Assembly (NCBI RefSeq): GCF_044647545.1
Contig: NZ_CP172818.1
Reading direction: 5' to 3' (one strand)
Length of the DNA: 64,000 bases
Source of the DNA: Escherichia coli
Lineage (GTDB): Bacteria; Pseudomonadota; Gammaproteobacteria; Enterobacterales; Enterobacteriaceae
The notes beneath the pieces were generated by a model that searched no databases, was not told the origin of the DNA, and was given only the letters and a program-made list of their open reading frames with translations. Numbering within the stretch: the stretch's first letter is position 1; the number at the start of each line of letters is the position of its first letter. The translations under genes and the position numbers were made by a program. This document shows positions 61,978 through 64,000 of this stretch, piece after piece.

Positions 61978-63600
61978 TCAGAGCTGTAACATTGTGCGCC
62001 TTCTAATCAAAGGCATAAGTCCATTTTTGTTTTTTTCATGCTGGTAAGACTTCCAGGGAGTGGTTATCTCAGGCCCCGCACCAGGGTTAATTTGGCAATT
62101 ATGCATGCTGAACATTCTTCCAGCATGTTTACTGTCACGGGCGTTAAGACCTAAAACTGTCCCCGTTTCACCTATGCGTTCTCTCCCACCATTTCCGTTA
62201 TGTGCAACAACTTGATTTATACCTAACATTTGTGAGCATGCTAATAGTGCTTCAAGTTTAGGTCTGTAATCTGTCGAAACAGAAAAATAACGATTAAAGG
62301 ATCGACAAGAGATAGCCCGGCTAGTTTTAAACTTTTTACCATTAATTATAGTATGATGCTTTTTATTAATAATTGCCGCTAATTCGACCGGATCGAGAGC
62401 ATTGGTCATTTCATCAATAGAGACTGTTATCGGTCCTATAATGTAACGTTTTCGCTGATCATCAAAAGTTATCCCATGATGATTTGCCATTATTTTGTAT
62501 TTGGGGTCATAGAAACATACAGGATAATCTTTTATCCCGTCGTAGGTATCCTCATCAAGTGGTTTCATACGCGTGAAGTTCTGCATATAGTTACCATTGC
62601 AATTCGTTTCATGATTACCAGCTAATACATGAAAATTTTCATTGATACTCATTATGCGTTTTAACAAATCGATGATAAATTGATCGCCACAGATATTACT
62701 AAATCGATCGCCGGTTTGGTCTCCCAGAAACGTACATGGCGTCACTGCGCCTTTATTAATAACTAAATATGGCTGAATACTTTCTAAAACAACATCTCTT
62801 CTGTTCAGAATACTGATTATTGTATTAACATTAATGTCTAGTTCCTCATTAATGTTTTCCCTTAATAAAACATTGAGAACTTCATCTTCTATATTAAGCA
62901 ACTGGCTAAGAAAATTTACTCCTTCAGCCATAATTCCCAAATGTCCCGTTGCGAAAAGCGCGTACAAAACTGCACCGACTGAGCCATCGGTATCACCAAA
63001 ATAGGTTGGTCTGGTACTTGTGGGATCAACGGGTGAACAATTGGAGAAATAGATTCTGTCAGCGAACTGGGGTTTTATAATTGTTTCGAATTTAATATCA
63101 GATACATTATATTGCGATATTTTCCAGTCCCAGATGGGTTTGTACGACTCAGTAACTGCAACATCATTAGCATTATCATTTACTGTCATATTATTAAGTA
63201 AATAAACAATGCTGCACCAATTAATATCGGTATCATCAAGAGGGCAACCGTAATTTTTACTATTAATTGTCACAATAAACTGATAACTATTATTCCTACG
63301 TAGAATATGGGCACGCATGCCCGATAGCATACTATATTTTTCTGAATGATTCGTTTCTATGGTAAATGAAATTTTGTCATCTTGAAAAGATTGTTGGAAA
63401 CGTTCTATTTGCCAATCATCAATTTTTTCCACAACTTCACCGAGCATTGTCCTGGCAATACTTGATATATCATCACCTATACCATTTGCAATATACCCAA
63501 ACAGTTCTTTAGTGAAGTTAGTAACATGCTCTTGCACCATATCATTTGTTGCGATAGTCGTTATACTGTCGTTAGTGCCTGCCACAGTTCCAAGTTTCAT
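61978..63600 (-). CDS. yhiJ: Uncharacterised protein YhiJ (DUF4049 family)
   Basis: ORF track 540 aa; MKLGTVAGTNDSITTIATNDMVQEHV; AT-rich codon usage suggests horizontal origin. Confidence 0.85.
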   Translation of the reverse strand: MKLGTVAGTNDSITTIATNDMVQEHVTNFTKELFGYIANGIGDDISSIARTMLGEVVEKIDDWQIERFQQSFQDDKISFTIETNHSEKYSMLSGMRAHILRRNNSYQFIVTINSKNYGCPLDDTDINWCSIVYLLNNMTVNDNANDVAVTESYKPIWDWKISQYNVSDIKFETIIKPQFADRIYFSNCSPVDPTSTRPTYFGDTDGSVGAVLYALFATGHLGIMAEGVNFLSQLLNIEDEVLNVLLRENINEELDINVNTIISILNRRDVVLESIQPYLVINKGAVTPCTFLGDQTGDRFSNICGDQFIIDLLKRIMSINENFHVLAGNHETNCNGNYMQNFTRMKPLDEDTYDGIKDYPVCFYDPKYKIMANHHGITFDDQRKRYIIGPITVSIDEMTNALDPVELAAIINKKHHTIINGKKFKTSRAISCRSFNRYFSVSTDYRPKLEALLACSQMLGINQVVAHNGNGGRERIGETGTVLGLNARDSKHAGRMFSMHNCQINPGAGPEITTPWKSYQHEKNKNGLMPLIRRRTMLQL

Positions 63601-63872
63601 CTTTTACCTCATATAATTCACCGCAAGGAATACATAGTTATCATTTAATCTTATGACATACACCTCATGTTCGACGGGAAAATAATTATATTTTGCACAA
63701 ATCATTCAGCCTTAAAGCATAATATGAAATTTCTTATCTCATAGTAGAGAAAGTCCCTAAAGATTGTAGAGGCGTCATCAGTACATGCCTCTACAATCGA
63801 TTAAGAAAAACTATGAAATACTGGCAGGATTAAAAAGACATACCACAGCACTCATGGAGTTTTAATGTGGTT

Positions 63873-64000
63873 GAAAACAACTAAGCCCTGGGACACCTTT
63901 TTTATCACCACGTTCGTTAGGTGCTATCTTCCAGGAATTTAGCCCCATGATATAATTATCAATTTTTTGATGCTGATCTACCCCTAATCCATAATGGCCA
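63873..64000 (-). CDS. 3-prime end of an unidentified minus-strand CDS that continues beyond the window end
   Basis: Open frame on the minus strand from the window edge to TAA at 63873-63875, C-terminus ...NSWKIAPNERGDKKGVPGLSCFQPH; by K-12 synteny this could be the yhiJ paralog yhiL, unverified. Confidence 0.4.

Overview
This window is a contiguous, gene-dense Escherichia coli chromosomal segment whose gene order matches the K-12 glg–asd–gnt–ugp–liv–rpoH–fts–zntA–nik–rhsB neighbourhood. Identifications rest on reading the supplied ORF translations and recognising the proteins; no database search was run. Recognised content, in order: glgP (5-prime part), glgA, glgC, glgX, glgB, asd, yhgN, gntU, gntK, gntR, yhhW, yhhX, the sRNA ryhB with its Fur box, yhhY, ggt, yhhA, ugpQ-C-E-A-B, livF-G-M-H-K, panM, livJ, rpoH, ftsX-E-Y, rsmD, yhhL, yhhM, yhhN, zntA with its ZntR operator, tusA, yhhQ, dcrB, yhhS, yhhT, acpT, nikABCDE-nikR, an RhsB element (core, toxin tip, yhhH immunity gene, HEAT-repeat fragment, H-repeat transposase yhhI), yhhJ-rbbA-yhiI, yhiJ and a partial CDS at the end. 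I found no CRISPR array, rRNA or tRNA. I did not find a convincing new multi-gene system. What stands out instead are local anomalies against an otherwise canonical background: (1) an A-rich tract with an uninterrupted run of 30 A between yhgN and gntU; (2) a roughly 310 bp block of extreme GC content between yhhY and ggt that removes the yhhY stop codon; (3) rhsB broken by an in-frame TGA with the frame restored about 60 nt later; (4) nikR reading 7 codons past its usual end. Items 1 and 2 are too short to encode a system and may be engineered, foreign or assembly artefacts. The most biologically interesting native module is the Rhs toxin tip with its overlapping immunity gene.
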